Shown: in pieces, positions 33,912-42,228 of the stretch
Layout of the letters: each line of letters starts with the position of its first letter
Numbering within the stretch: the first letter of the stretch is position 1
Source of the DNA: Syntrophobacterales bacterium
GTDB lineage: Bacteria > Desulfobacterota > Syntrophia > Syntrophales > UBA6807
DNA: 42,288 nucleotides
Assembly (NCBI GenBank): GCA_021159265.1
Contig: JAGGSD010000108.1
Span: forward strand, 1 to 42,288
Reading direction: 5' to 3'
Notes under the pieces: generated by a model
The model's input: only the letters and a program-made list of their open reading frames with translations
What the model was told of the DNA's origin: nothing
The model's database searches: none
Position numbers and translations under genes: made by a program

Positions 33912-35579
33912 ATGGAAAAGAAAAGGATTTCCAGAGCGGAGAGGTTGTCTAAAGAGCGGGAAGCCAATTTGAAACATTGGGAGGATCAGGATGCAATTCT
34001 CTTTGCCCATCGGCAGGAGGCTTATGATATTGGTGGCGAGAAACAGGTTCAGCGTCTTGCCAAACAAGGGAAAAAGCCGATGCGTGAGCTTATTGGCATG
34101 CTGATTGATCCCGGCACAGAGTTTTTTGAGATTGGACTGGATGTGGGTTACGATATTGGCAAGAAGAGGGTTTATGGTGGCGAGGTCTACGAAGAAGAGA
34201 AACGAGGCCATATACCCGGAGGTGGTCTTATTACCGGCGTCGGCAAAATTCATGGCAAGGATTGTATGATATTTGCTAATGAAAATCGTTATGCTGCAGG
34301 CACTTATTTTCCCATTACCTTAAAGAAACATATGCGTGCGCAGAAAATTGCCGAGATGTGCGAAATACCTTGTATTTATATTGCTGATTCAGGTGGGGTC
34401 TATCTGCCATTGCAGATTGGAAGTTTTGCCGATGAAGGTCAATTTGGCAACATGTTTTACAATATGTGCCGTATGTCTGCCAAGGGCATTAAGCAATACA
34501 CCCTGTCAACCGGCGGGAACACCGCCGGGGGAGCTTACATAGTGTATCTTGCCTGTGAATCGATTATGATTGAAAAACTTGCTTTCGCATTTCTTGCCGG
34601 TCCTCCCATGGTTAAGTCTGCCATTGGTGAGGTTGTGTCATCTGAAGATCTCGGCGGCGCCTATGTACATACGCAGCATTCCGGGGGTTGCGATCATTTT
34701 GTGAAAAGTCAGGAGGAAGGAATCCAAAAATTACGTGATTTGATGGAGTTTGAACCTTCCCAGAAATTGTATATCGATCGGAGGGAGACAAGGGAGCCGA
34801 AATACGATTACAGGGAGATGATGCGTTGTACGCCGGCTGATACCTATCACTATATAAACATCAGGGATACTATCAAGTGCCTGGCTGATGACAGCTATTT
34901 CCACGAGTACAAACAGACATACAGCCCGGGCAGGGGAGACGCTGTTGTTTGTGGCAAAATGTGGTTGAAGGGCATGCCGGTTGGCGTAGTTGCTTCGAAT
35001 GCCAGTGGAATTATTTATATTGATGCAGCCAGGAAGGCAACGGAGTGGATGATACGTTGTGGCACATCAAAATTGCCGGTTTTGTTCCTTCAGGGTTCGC
35101 CCGGTTATATGGTAGGCAAAGCCGAGGAATGGGGTGGCATTGGGAAATATGGTTCCGACATGGTTAGGGCTGCTTCGTGTCTTTCCTCTCCAAAAATTAC
35201 ATATGTGATAGGTCCTGATCATGGTGCGGCAAATTATGGGATGTGTGGCCGGGCATTTAATCCCAATTTCTCCTTCACGAATATGAGGGGACGTACAACG
35301 GTGATGTCCGGTGAGACAGCAGGTTTTATTGTGGAATCTGTGCGCAGAATAAATATCGAAAAGAGGGGTGAACAAGTTGATGAAGAGGATATGGCCAGGT
35401 TCCGCCAGATGATGAGGGATCGTTATGAGGAACAGGGCCATCCCTTTTACACAGGTTCTCTCAATTTTCACGATGGCGTCATTGCCTTTAGCGAGGCAAG
35501 GGATGTGTTGGCAAGATCCTTTGAAATTGCCCTCCGTGCCCCAGTTAAGGAATCACATTTCGGCAATCTTAAAGTATGA
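33912..35579 (+). CDS. Acyl-CoA carboxyltransferase, methylcrotonyl-/geranyl-CoA carboxylase beta-subunit type
   Basis: GGGLITGVGKIHGKDCMIFANE, TLKKHMRAQKIAEMCEIPCIYIADSGGVYLP and LAGPPMVKSAIGEVVSSEDLGGA match the MCC-beta pattern. ATG 33912 follows GAGGAG; the ORF-track start at 33858 is rejected. Confidence 0.88.
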   Translation: MEKKRISRAERLSKEREANLKHWEDQDAILFAHRQEAYDIGGEKQVQRLAKQGKKPMRELIGMLIDPGTEFFEIGLDVGYDIGKKRVYGGEVYEEEKRGHIPGGGLITGVGKIHGKDCMIFANENRYAAGTYFPITLKKHMRAQKIAEMCEIPCIYIADSGGVYLPLQIGSFADEGQFGNMFYNMCRMSAKGIKQYTLSTGGNTAGGAYIVYLACESIMIEKLAFAFLAGPPMVKSAIGEVVSSEDLGGAYVHTQHSGGCDHFVKSQEEGIQKLRDLMEFEPSQKLYIDRRETREPKYDYREMMRCTPADTYHYINIRDTIKCLADDSYFHEYKQTYSPGRGDAVVCGKMWLKGMPVGVVASNASGIIYIDAARKATEWMIRCGTSKLPVLFLQGSPGYMVGKAEEWGGIGKYGSDMVRAASCLSSPKITYVIGPDHGAANYGMCGRAFNPNFSFTNMRGRTTVMSGETAGFIVESVRRINIEKRGEQVDEEDMARFRQMMRDRYEEQGHPFYTGSLNFHDGVIAFSEARDVLARSFEIALRAPVKESHFGNLKV

Positions 35580-35580
35580 T

Positions 35581-35708
35581 GCTTTCGTAAAGAGTCCACG
35601 CCGTGTCATTCTGAGGAGCGGAGCGACAAAGAATCTTAGTGATATCAGATTCTTCGCTATCGCTCAGAATGACAAAAGAGTGTTTTTGTGACTTTTTACG
35701 GGTGCATC
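35581..35708. mobile_element. MITE-like palindromic element inserted exactly at the carboxyltransferase stop codon
   Basis: 9-bp direct repeat AAGTATGAT at 35572-35580 and 35709-35717. Ends (TGAT)GCTTTCGTAAAGAGTCC / TGACTTTTTACGGGTGCATCA. Core GTCATTCTGAGGAGCGGAGCGACAAAGAATCT is inverted against AGATTCTTCGCTATCGCTCAGAATGAC. Confidence 0.65.
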
Positions 35709-35751
35709 AAGTATGATCTATGAATGGAAACTAAAACAAAAAGAGGTGAAT

Positions 35752-36552
35752 ATGGCAGATGTATTACTGAAGGAAAGAGTTGATGAAGGTATTCTGGTCC
35801 TTACCCTGAACAGACCGGAGGCGATGAACTGCTTTAATTTTGATCTAATATCTGCATTGGATAATGCTATGAAAGAAGCAAATTTTGACATGAGCTTGAG
35901 GTGTATTATCATCACGGGCGCAAGGGGTGATCGCGAAGTAAACAAGCAGGCATTTTCAACGGGAGCTGATTTGAAGGAGAGACGAACGCTAACCGAGAAC
36001 CAGGTTCGCAGATTCATCTTTTCAATACGCAACACTTTCACAGCAGTGGAACAGGTTCGTATTCCTGTCATTGCGGCGATAAATGGTTATGCGTTTGGAG
36101 GCGGCACGGAGCTTGCCCTGGCTTGTGATATTCGCATAGCATCTTCAAATGTATTGATGGGGCTAACCGAGACAAGTCTGGCTATTATACCCGGAGCCGG
36201 CGGAACACAGAGGTTGCCCAGAATCGTTGGGATTGCGAAGGCTAAGGAGCTGATCTATACTGCGAGGCGGATTGATGCCAGGACAGCGTTGGAAATCGGC
36301 CTGGTCAGCGAAGTGGCGGAGTCTGATCAATTGATGGAGGCCGCCTTGAAACTAGCCAGAGAGATTGCAAAGAATGGGCCTATTGGTCTTGCTCAAGCTA
36401 AATTTGCGATCAACAATGGCATGGAAACGAGTCTTGGCGTTGCCCTTCCATTAGAATCCAAGGCCTATGAAGTGACGATTCCTACGGAAGATAGATTGGA
36501 GGCCCTTGCAGCCTTCGCAGAGAAAAGGAAACCCGTGTTCAAAGGGAAGTAA
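35752..36552 (+). CDS. Methylglutaconyl-CoA hydratase-like enoyl-CoA hydratase (AUH/LiuC type)
   Basis: AINGYAFGGGTELALACDIRIAS and GLTETSLAIIPGAGGTQRLPR. The C-terminal TIPTEDRLEALAAFAEKRKPVFKGK closely follows the AUH-type pattern. GAGGTG precedes ATG 35752. Confidence 0.85.
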   Translation: MADVLLKERVDEGILVLTLNRPEAMNCFNFDLISALDNAMKEANFDMSLRCIIITGARGDREVNKQAFSTGADLKERRTLTENQVRRFIFSIRNTFTAVEQVRIPVIAAINGYAFGGGTELALACDIRIASSNVLMGLTETSLAIIPGAGGTQRLPRIVGIAKAKELIYTARRIDARTALEIGLVSEVAESDQLMEAALKLAREIAKNGPIGLAQAKFAINNGMETSLGVALPLESKAYEVTIPTEDRLEALAAFAEKRKPVFKGK

Positions 36553-36586
36553 CAAACACAAACAATTTTTGGGAGGATGTTGAATT

Positions 36587-37756
36587 ATGACGGAATATGA
36601 TCTCTGGAAGATATTTCCAAGGATGCCGAAAAAAGTGGAGATTGGCGATATTACGATACGTGATGGTTTCCAGCATGAAGAAAAGTTTATTTCCACTGCT
36701 GCCAAGATCTTTTATCTGGAGGAAGTAATTTTTGCAGGTGTGCGCAACGTTGAAGTTACAAACCTCGGAAATCCGATAGGAATGCCCCAGTTTGCGGATG
36801 CTGAGGATCTTCTCACATATTTTCGCGGTGACCTCTTTAAAAAACGGGCTGCGCGGCGGGGTATCAATTATGATGATCTCTGTTTTACCGCGATTACAAT
36901 TCGCGAACCCGCCGTGGACAGGGCGATTGAATTGAAAGAAAGGGGAATAGGCCCTGACCGGCTCTTGATGATGGTTTCAACTGAGGAAGAGCACCATTTT
37001 GCAAATTCGGGCACGACTCTTCCCGAATACTGGCAGGAGGCAGAGAGAAGTATCAAGAAATGTAATGATGCCGGAATGACGATGTGTGGTTGTGTAAGCA
37101 CTATCTGGGGGAGCCCTATTGGGGGGGCTACAGACCTTAGAGACGCCGTCGAGTTCAGCAAGCGCTGGCTGGAGATTGGAGCGTCTGACATAGAGCATGC
37201 GGATCATGATGGGTCGGCATCGGCGGCGGCGGTGTACCGTTATTATTCCATGATTCTTGATGAGATGCCTGATACCGAGCTTCATATTGCTCATTTTCAT
37301 GAGACCAAACGTGTTGCCTCAGCATCTATTCTGGCCGCATTGCAGGCGGGCATTACACGTTATGAAGCGACATTCGGCGGTTTGGGTGGTCAACCCGCTA
37401 ATTTCCTGGATGACCGTCCCATAAGAGGCACAGGCGAATACTATTACAAAGATCCGAGATATGTCGGGTTAGTTTGTCTGGAAGACACCCTGGTGATGAT
37501 TGATGAGCTTGGCATTAAACATGGTTGTGATGTGGATCGCATTTTGTGGCTGGGGCAGAAAATGGAAAAGACTATCGGTCGGCGGCTGCGGTCTGAAGCG
37601 GTAATTAATGGGCGTACATTGAAGGAAGGCCACATGGAATTTGCCCGTCCCGGGCTGCGTCCAAGAAAACAGAAGCTGGGTGAAACACCGACCCAAAAAA
37701 TTCCCGGAAATTGGGCGCCTAAAGCCGTGTTGCCGGAAAAATATGCAAAAAGATAG
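36587..37756 (+). CDS. HMG-CoA-lyase-like DRE-TIM metallolyase (divergent, 389 aa)
   Basis: ITIRDGFQHEE (RDG-Q-E), IAHFHETKRVASASILAALQAG (HxH metal ligands) and GGLGGQP G-loop. It has an insertion after the G-loop and a long C-terminal tail. Confidence 0.8.
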   Translation: MTEYDLWKIFPRMPKKVEIGDITIRDGFQHEEKFISTAAKIFYLEEVIFAGVRNVEVTNLGNPIGMPQFADAEDLLTYFRGDLFKKRAARRGINYDDLCFTAITIREPAVDRAIELKERGIGPDRLLMMVSTEEEHHFANSGTTLPEYWQEAERSIKKCNDAGMTMCGCVSTIWGSPIGGATDLRDAVEFSKRWLEIGASDIEHADHDGSASAAAVYRYYSMILDEMPDTELHIAHFHETKRVASASILAALQAGITRYEATFGGLGGQPANFLDDRPIRGTGEYYYKDPRYVGLVCLEDTLVMIDELGIKHGCDVDRILWLGQKMEKTIGRRLRSEAVINGRTLKEGHMEFARPGLRPRKQKLGETPTQKIPGNWAPKAVLPEKYAKR

Positions 37757-37806
37757 TGTGATTATCTTACGATTAGTTGTAGTTAGCTTGGAGAAGAATC
37801 AAAAAT

Positions 37807-37971
37807 GATGCACCCGTAAAAAGTCAAAATTAGCTGGCAAAGTAAAAAGTTTTAAATTCAAGGCGCGCATGGTTCGACAAGCTCACCATGAGCGGAATAT
37901 AATAGTCTGCCCTGAGCTTGTCGAAGGGAAGGATGCGGCGCAACGCAGAAATTGGGTTTTTTTACAAGGCC
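37807..37971. mobile_element. MITE-like palindromic element (same terminal family, different core)
   Basis: 9-bp direct repeat ATCAAAAAT at 37798-37806 and 37972-37980. Left end (T)GATGCACCCGTAAAAAGTCA, right end GGTTTTTTTACAAGGCC(ATCA). Core TTCGACAAGCTCA is inverted against TGAGCTTGTCGAA. Confidence 0.65.
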
Positions 37972-38023
37972 ATCAAAAATTGTGATTGTTACCTTTGACA
38001 ATAGCTCTATGTGAGAACGATAC

Positions 38024-38848
38024 ATGAAAGTCGGTTTTGTACAGTTTGAACCTTCGTTTGGAAGCGTTGATAAAAATATTGAAAAAGCGGAAAAGTTGAT
38101 AGACAGCGCTGATGCGAATCTTCTTGTGCTGCCCGAACTTTTCAACACTGGGTACGTCTTTACCTCAAAAGAAGAGGCAATGGCTCTATCCGAAGAAATA
38201 CCGGTCGGTAAGACGACACAGGCGCTCATGAGAATAGCAAAGAATAACCACGTGTTTCTTGTGGCGGGTCTTGCCGAGAACAACGGTGATAAACTGTTTA
38301 ACTCTGCCGTCATTGTCTCGCCGAAAGGGTATCTCGGCACATACAGAAAGATACACCTGTTCTTTGAGGAGAAACTCTGGTTTGATCCGGGGGATGCGGA
38401 AGCTGCCGTTTATGATATAGGACAATACAAGTTCGGGGCCATGATTTGTTTTGACTGGTTTTTCCCTGAAACCATGCGGGTACTCTCTTTAAAAGGCGCC
38501 CATATCGTTTGTCACAGCGCGAATCTGGTTCTGCCGTTCTGTCAGGATGCCATGAAAACCAGATGCCTGGAAAATCGTGTTTTTGCAGTAACGGCGAATA
38601 GAACAGGGGCGGAAACAAGAGGTGAGAAATTTCTGCAGTTCACCGGCAAAAGTCAGGTAATCAGTCCCAATGCGGAGATCCTTTGCCGAGCCGGTTCTGA
38701 TACTGAAGAAGTGAAAATCGTTGATATCGATATGGAAATGGCTGCAAACAAGAGACTCAATGAGTATAATGATCTTTTTGCAGACAGAAGGCCGGAATTT
38801 TATGGTCAACTTCTGAACAAAAAGAATAAAGAAGCCTTTCAGAAATAA
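38024..38848 (+). CDS. Carbon-nitrogen hydrolase (nitrilase superfamily)
   Basis: The Glu-Lys-Cys triad context is visible: LLVLPELFNTGY, YRKIHLF and AMICFDWFFPE. 274 aa. Confidence 0.85.
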   Translation: MKVGFVQFEPSFGSVDKNIEKAEKLIDSADANLLVLPELFNTGYVFTSKEEAMALSEEIPVGKTTQALMRIAKNNHVFLVAGLAENNGDKLFNSAVIVSPKGYLGTYRKIHLFFEEKLWFDPGDAEAAVYDIGQYKFGAMICFDWFFPETMRVLSLKGAHIVCHSANLVLPFCQDAMKTRCLENRVFAVTANRTGAETRGEKFLQFTGKSQVISPNAEILCRAGSDTEEVKIVDIDMEMAANKRLNEYNDLFADRRPEFYGQLLNKKNKEAFQK

Positions 38849-38890
38849 AACCTCTTTTTTGTACAATCCGGCGCTTTGTTACAGATGGCG

Positions 38891-40963
38891 CTAATTTTCC
38901 GTAACGATCCTGGAAAAGTCCGCAACCATGTGAAACAGTCTTGAAATTTCCTCTAAAAGGGAAAGCCTGTTGAATCGTATCTTTTCATCTTCCGACATAA
39001 CAAGAATGGCATCAAAGAAACTGTCTACCGGCTTTCTCAGACGCGACATTTCGATAAGGGACTCTCTATATTTCCCCTGGTCAATATAAGCTCCTACTTT
39101 GTCCTTTATTTCAAGGAAGGTATCGTAAAGATCTTTCTCTTCGCTAGTGTTAAAAAGGGTGATATTGACGGAACCGTTTTCAAACCCTTTTATAATGTTG
39201 CCGACACGCTTAAAGGCAATAGCAAGAGGTTCAAAGTCGGGGTGACTTTTAAATTCTTCCATAGCGGTTATTTTCTTGAGGCAGCCTGTAATATTTGATA
39301 CCCCCTCTACAAGGACGGCATCGACTACATCATAGGAATGTCCCTGTAATATGAGTTGATTTTCGAATCTTCCCTTAAGGAAATCCAGCACATCGGATTT
39401 TATTTTCCCCGGTGATCTTTTTAACTTATCGCCGAGTATAGAGATACTTTTCTCTATCAGGTCTTCAAGCTGGAGGGGATAATTCTTACTCAGGATAATG
39501 TTGATGACACCAAGGGACTGTCTTCTTAAAGCGTATGGGTCCGCCGTTCCCGTAGGTATGAGATTTACACCAAAACATCCAGCAATCGTGTCTATCTTAT
39601 CCGCTATGCTGATAATAGATCCTTCGTCAGTTTCGGGGAGATTGCCACCGGCGGATGTTGGAAGATAATGTTCATAAATGGCTTTTGCAACTGTCGGGTT
39701 CTCACCGGCAATCAGGGCATATTCTCTGCCCATTACACCCTGGAGCTCCGGGAATTCATATATCATTTGTGTTTCCAGATCGGCCTTGCAAAGAGTCGCA
39801 GCCCGGTGAACATTATCCCTGATCGCGGGATTGATCTTATCCGCAATATACAGAGCCAGTTCTCTAAACCGTATAACCTTTTCATAGGAAGTACCGAGAA
39901 GACTGTGAAATACGACATTTTTCAAATCATCAAGCTTTTTATCAAGCGGGATTTTCTGATCTTCTTCAAAGAAAAATCTGGCATCTGCCAGTCTTGCGCG
40001 GATTACCTTTTCATTTCCTCTGGCAACAACTGACGGGTCTCTCGTTACTGTGTTATTGATTGTAATGAAATAAGGCAGGAGCTTACCGTTATCATCAATA
40101 ACGGGAAAGTACTTCTGATGTTTCATCATTGAAGTAATGAGAACTTCTTTGGGAAGTTTCAGGTATTCTTTGTCGAAACTTCCGCAAACGACAGAAGGAT
40201 ATTCAACGAGAAAGGTTACCTCTTCCAAGAGGTCCTCGTTGTCAAGGGTATTTCCTGATACTCCACGGGCGGCTTTTCTTGCCTCTTCTGAAATTATCTT
40301 TCTCCGCTCATCAGGATCTACGATGACAAAATTTTCTTTTGTCTTTTTAATATAGTCATTGAAGCCTGCGATTTCAAAGAACCGGGGGCTCATAAACCGA
40401 TGTCCGCAGGTCATGTTGCCGCTCGATATATTCTCGATTTTAAATGGAATGATTTCACCTCCAAAAATTGCCAGTATCCAGTGGATCGGTCTGGCAAACC
40501 GAATTTCCAGGTCCATCCAGCGCATTGATTTTTTGAAAGGAATAGATGTGATAAACTCGGGCAAGAGGCTTGATAAAAGAACTTTTGTGTTTTCCCCTGC
40601 CATTTTTTTCCTTGAGCAGATGTATTCACCTTTTTCTGTGATTATCGTTTCGAGTTCAGAAATATCGATTCCCTGTCCCTTGGCAAAACCGGTTGCCGCC
40701 TTCGTCGGATTTCCCATTTCATCGAAGGCGACCCTTTTGGCTGGGCCCATCTTTTCGATGATCTGGTCTTCCTGCTTTTCCGCGACATTTTCCACACACA
40801 GGCAGAGTCTTCTCGGTGCAGCCATTGCTTTGATCTGCCCGTGCCGGATCCGCCTTTTGTCAAATTCTTTTGTTATGAGTGTTTCCATATCTTTAATTGC
40901 TTTTGGCAAAAAATCGGCTGGAATTTCTTCCGTTCCTATTTCCAGTAACAGCTCCTTACCCAT
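38891..40963 (-). CDS. glyS: Glycine--tRNA ligase beta subunit
   Basis: 690 aa with the N-terminus MGKELLLEIGTEEIPADFL typical of GlyS. It lies downstream of glyQ on the same strand. Confidence 0.95.
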   Translation of the reverse strand: MGKELLLEIGTEEIPADFLPKAIKDMETLITKEFDKRRIRHGQIKAMAAPRRLCLCVENVAEKQEDQIIEKMGPAKRVAFDEMGNPTKAATGFAKGQGIDISELETIITEKGEYICSRKKMAGENTKVLLSSLLPEFITSIPFKKSMRWMDLEIRFARPIHWILAIFGGEIIPFKIENISSGNMTCGHRFMSPRFFEIAGFNDYIKKTKENFVIVDPDERRKIISEEARKAARGVSGNTLDNEDLLEEVTFLVEYPSVVCGSFDKEYLKLPKEVLITSMMKHQKYFPVIDDNGKLLPYFITINNTVTRDPSVVARGNEKVIRARLADARFFFEEDQKIPLDKKLDDLKNVVFHSLLGTSYEKVIRFRELALYIADKINPAIRDNVHRAATLCKADLETQMIYEFPELQGVMGREYALIAGENPTVAKAIYEHYLPTSAGGNLPETDEGSIISIADKIDTIAGCFGVNLIPTGTADPYALRRQSLGVINIILSKNYPLQLEDLIEKSISILGDKLKRSPGKIKSDVLDFLKGRFENQLILQGHSYDVVDAVLVEGVSNITGCLKKITAMEEFKSHPDFEPLAIAFKRVGNIIKGFENGSVNITLFNTSEEKDLYDTFLEIKDKVGAYIDQGKYRESLIEMSRLRKPVDSFFDAILVMSEDEKIRFNRLSLLEEISRLFHMVADFSRIVTEN

Positions 40964-41005
40964 GAGAATTACATCTCCTCTGTTTATCGTCTCACTCGGG
41001 GAATG

Positions 41006-41034
41006 TGAAAAACCCCTCGCCCTCAGGCGAAGGC
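41006..41034 (-). terminator. Terminator-like or attenuating hairpin between glyQ and glyS
   Basis: On the - strand, GCCTTCGCC-TGA-GGGCGAGG is followed by GGTTTTTCAC. The stem is 7 bp with one bulge and the loop is tight, so the call is weak. Confidence 0.3.
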
Positions 41035-41047
41035 TTCAGTTTGATAA

Positions 41048-41175
41048 TTTCGAAATCCGAATTTCGAAATCCTAAACAAATTCGAATATTAAATGACCAA
41101 AACTCAAAACAAGGTTTCGGATATTTGAATTTATAATTTTGTATTTGTTTCGAATTTCGAATTTCGTGCTTTGAG
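41048..41175. repeat. Palindromic CGAAAT-rich repeat element inserted between glyQ and glyS
   Basis: Left arm TTCGAAATCCGAATTTCGAAATCCTAAACAAATTCGAATATTAAATG. The right arm is an inverted copy (ATATTTGAATTTATAATTTTGTATTTGTTTCGAATTTCGAATTTCG). Inner 10-bp perfect IR AAAACTCAAA (41099-41108) / TTTGAGTTTT (41170-41179). Flanked by AGTTTGATAAT and AGTTTTATAAT (10/11). Confidence 0.6.
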
Positions 41176-41187
41176 TTTTATAATCTT

Positions 41188-42069
41188 TTACTTTTTGTTC
41201 CATTTTCCCATGAGGGGATATCCCATTTTTCCCCGCTGATCCAAATACCCCTCGGCGCTGAGCTTTGCCAGATTTCGGACTCTCCCGATGTAGCTTGTAC
41301 GTTCCGTTACACTGATTGCTCCACGAGCGTCGAGGATGTTAAAGACATGAGAACATTTGAGGCAGTAATCGTAAGTTGGGAGGACCAGACCTTTTTCTGC
41401 CATCCTTTCAGATTCCGCTTCATACATGTCAAATAGTTTTCTTAACATGTCCATATCAGCCTCTTCAAAGTTGTATATGGAAAATTCTACTTCGCTCTGG
41501 TGGTGGACATCACCGTATTTAACACCGCAGCCCCACTCCAGGTCGTATACATTGTCAATTCCCTGGAGGTACATGGCTATTCTTTCTATGCCGTATGTTA
41601 TTTCGACGCATACAGGGCGTAAATCTATTCCACCAACCTGCTGGAAGTATGTGAACTGAGTGATTTCCATCCCGTCCAGCCAGACCTCCCATCCCAATCC
41701 CCATGCACCCAAAGTGGGTGATTCCCAGTCGTCTTCTACAAACCTGATGTCGTGATCAAGGGGGTCTATGCCGAAGCTTTTAAGAGAGTTTATATACATG
41801 TCCTGAATGTCAAGAGGGGAAGGTTTCATGATTACCTGATACTGGTAATAGTGCTGGAGTCTGTTGGGATTCTCTCCGTATCTGCCATCGGTAGGCCTCC
41901 GGGACGGTTCTACGTAGGCGACATTCCATGGTTCAGGCCCAAGAGAGCGAAGGAATGTTGCCGGGTTGAATGTACCGGCGCCAACTTCAATATCATAAGG
42001 TTGTTGAATGATGCATCCCTGGTCTGCCCAGTATTTTTCTAAAGCTAATATCAATTCCTGAAAGGTCAC
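41188..42069 (-). CDS. glyQ: Glycine--tRNA ligase alpha subunit
   Basis: The [18 protein letters not shown] start region is typical of GlyQ. GTG (first base 42069) lies 7 nt after AGGAGG and gives a normal ~293-aa protein. The ORF-track start at 42165 adds 32 aa that are not GlyQ-like. Confidence 0.93.
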   Translation of the reverse strand: MTFQELILALEKYWADQGCIIQQPYDIEVGAGTFNPATFLRSLGPEPWNVAYVEPSRRPTDGRYGENPNRLQHYYQYQVIMKPSPLDIQDMYINSLKSFGIDPLDHDIRFVEDDWESPTLGAWGLGWEVWLDGMEITQFTYFQQVGGIDLRPVCVEITYGIERIAMYLQGIDNVYDLEWGCGVKYGDVHHQSEVEFSIYNFEEADMDMLRKLFDMYEAESERMAEKGLVLPTYDYCLKCSHVFNILDARGAISVTERTSYIGRVRNLAKLSAEGYLDQRGKMGYPLMGKWNKK

Positions 42070-42228
42070 ACTTTTACCTCCTGGGTTGGAACCCTTATCC
42101 TGCTGCATACACATGATTGGGCGAAAATTATCACTATGGAAAAATGGTGTCAAGGTAAATGTCACTATTCGTTTTGAGACATTTGAAAAGGCAGGAAGCT
42201 ATTTCAGGATAGCCTCCTAACCCAGATA

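Noticed and set aside
8615-37756. Interpreting the locus as the alkylsuccinate (anaerobic alkane, ass/mas) downstream pathway
   Set aside because: A CoA ligase, mutase and carboxyltransferase would fit that scheme. However, no glycyl-radical enzyme, activase or bbs-like CoA-transferase is present in the window. The TRAP importers and IVD/Liu-type genes point instead to imported branched carboxylates. I keep this only as an alternative for mutase 4.
35689-37826. Composite transposon carrying the hydratase and lyase genes
   Set aside because: The polarity is wrong for a single element with cargo, because the TGATG ends that are outermost in intact copies face the genes here. Each flanking element also has its own 9-bp duplication, and no transposase is present. 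Two independent insertions, with later homogenisation of the proximal ends, is the simpler reading.
40359-41075. 238-aa ORF on the + strand
   Set aside because: It lies entirely antisense to glyS and its leader. It is Ser/Ile-rich and low-complexity, with no SD and no recognisable motif, so I read it as a shadow ORF of a highly expressed gene.
41040-41185. Possible CRISPR array or tandem repeat locus (CGAAAT-rich repeats)
   Set aside because: There is no regular repeat-spacer periodicity. The structure is an imperfect palindrome, copies are dispersed (13.8 kb, 41.1 kb, 42.2 kb), and no cas genes are present.
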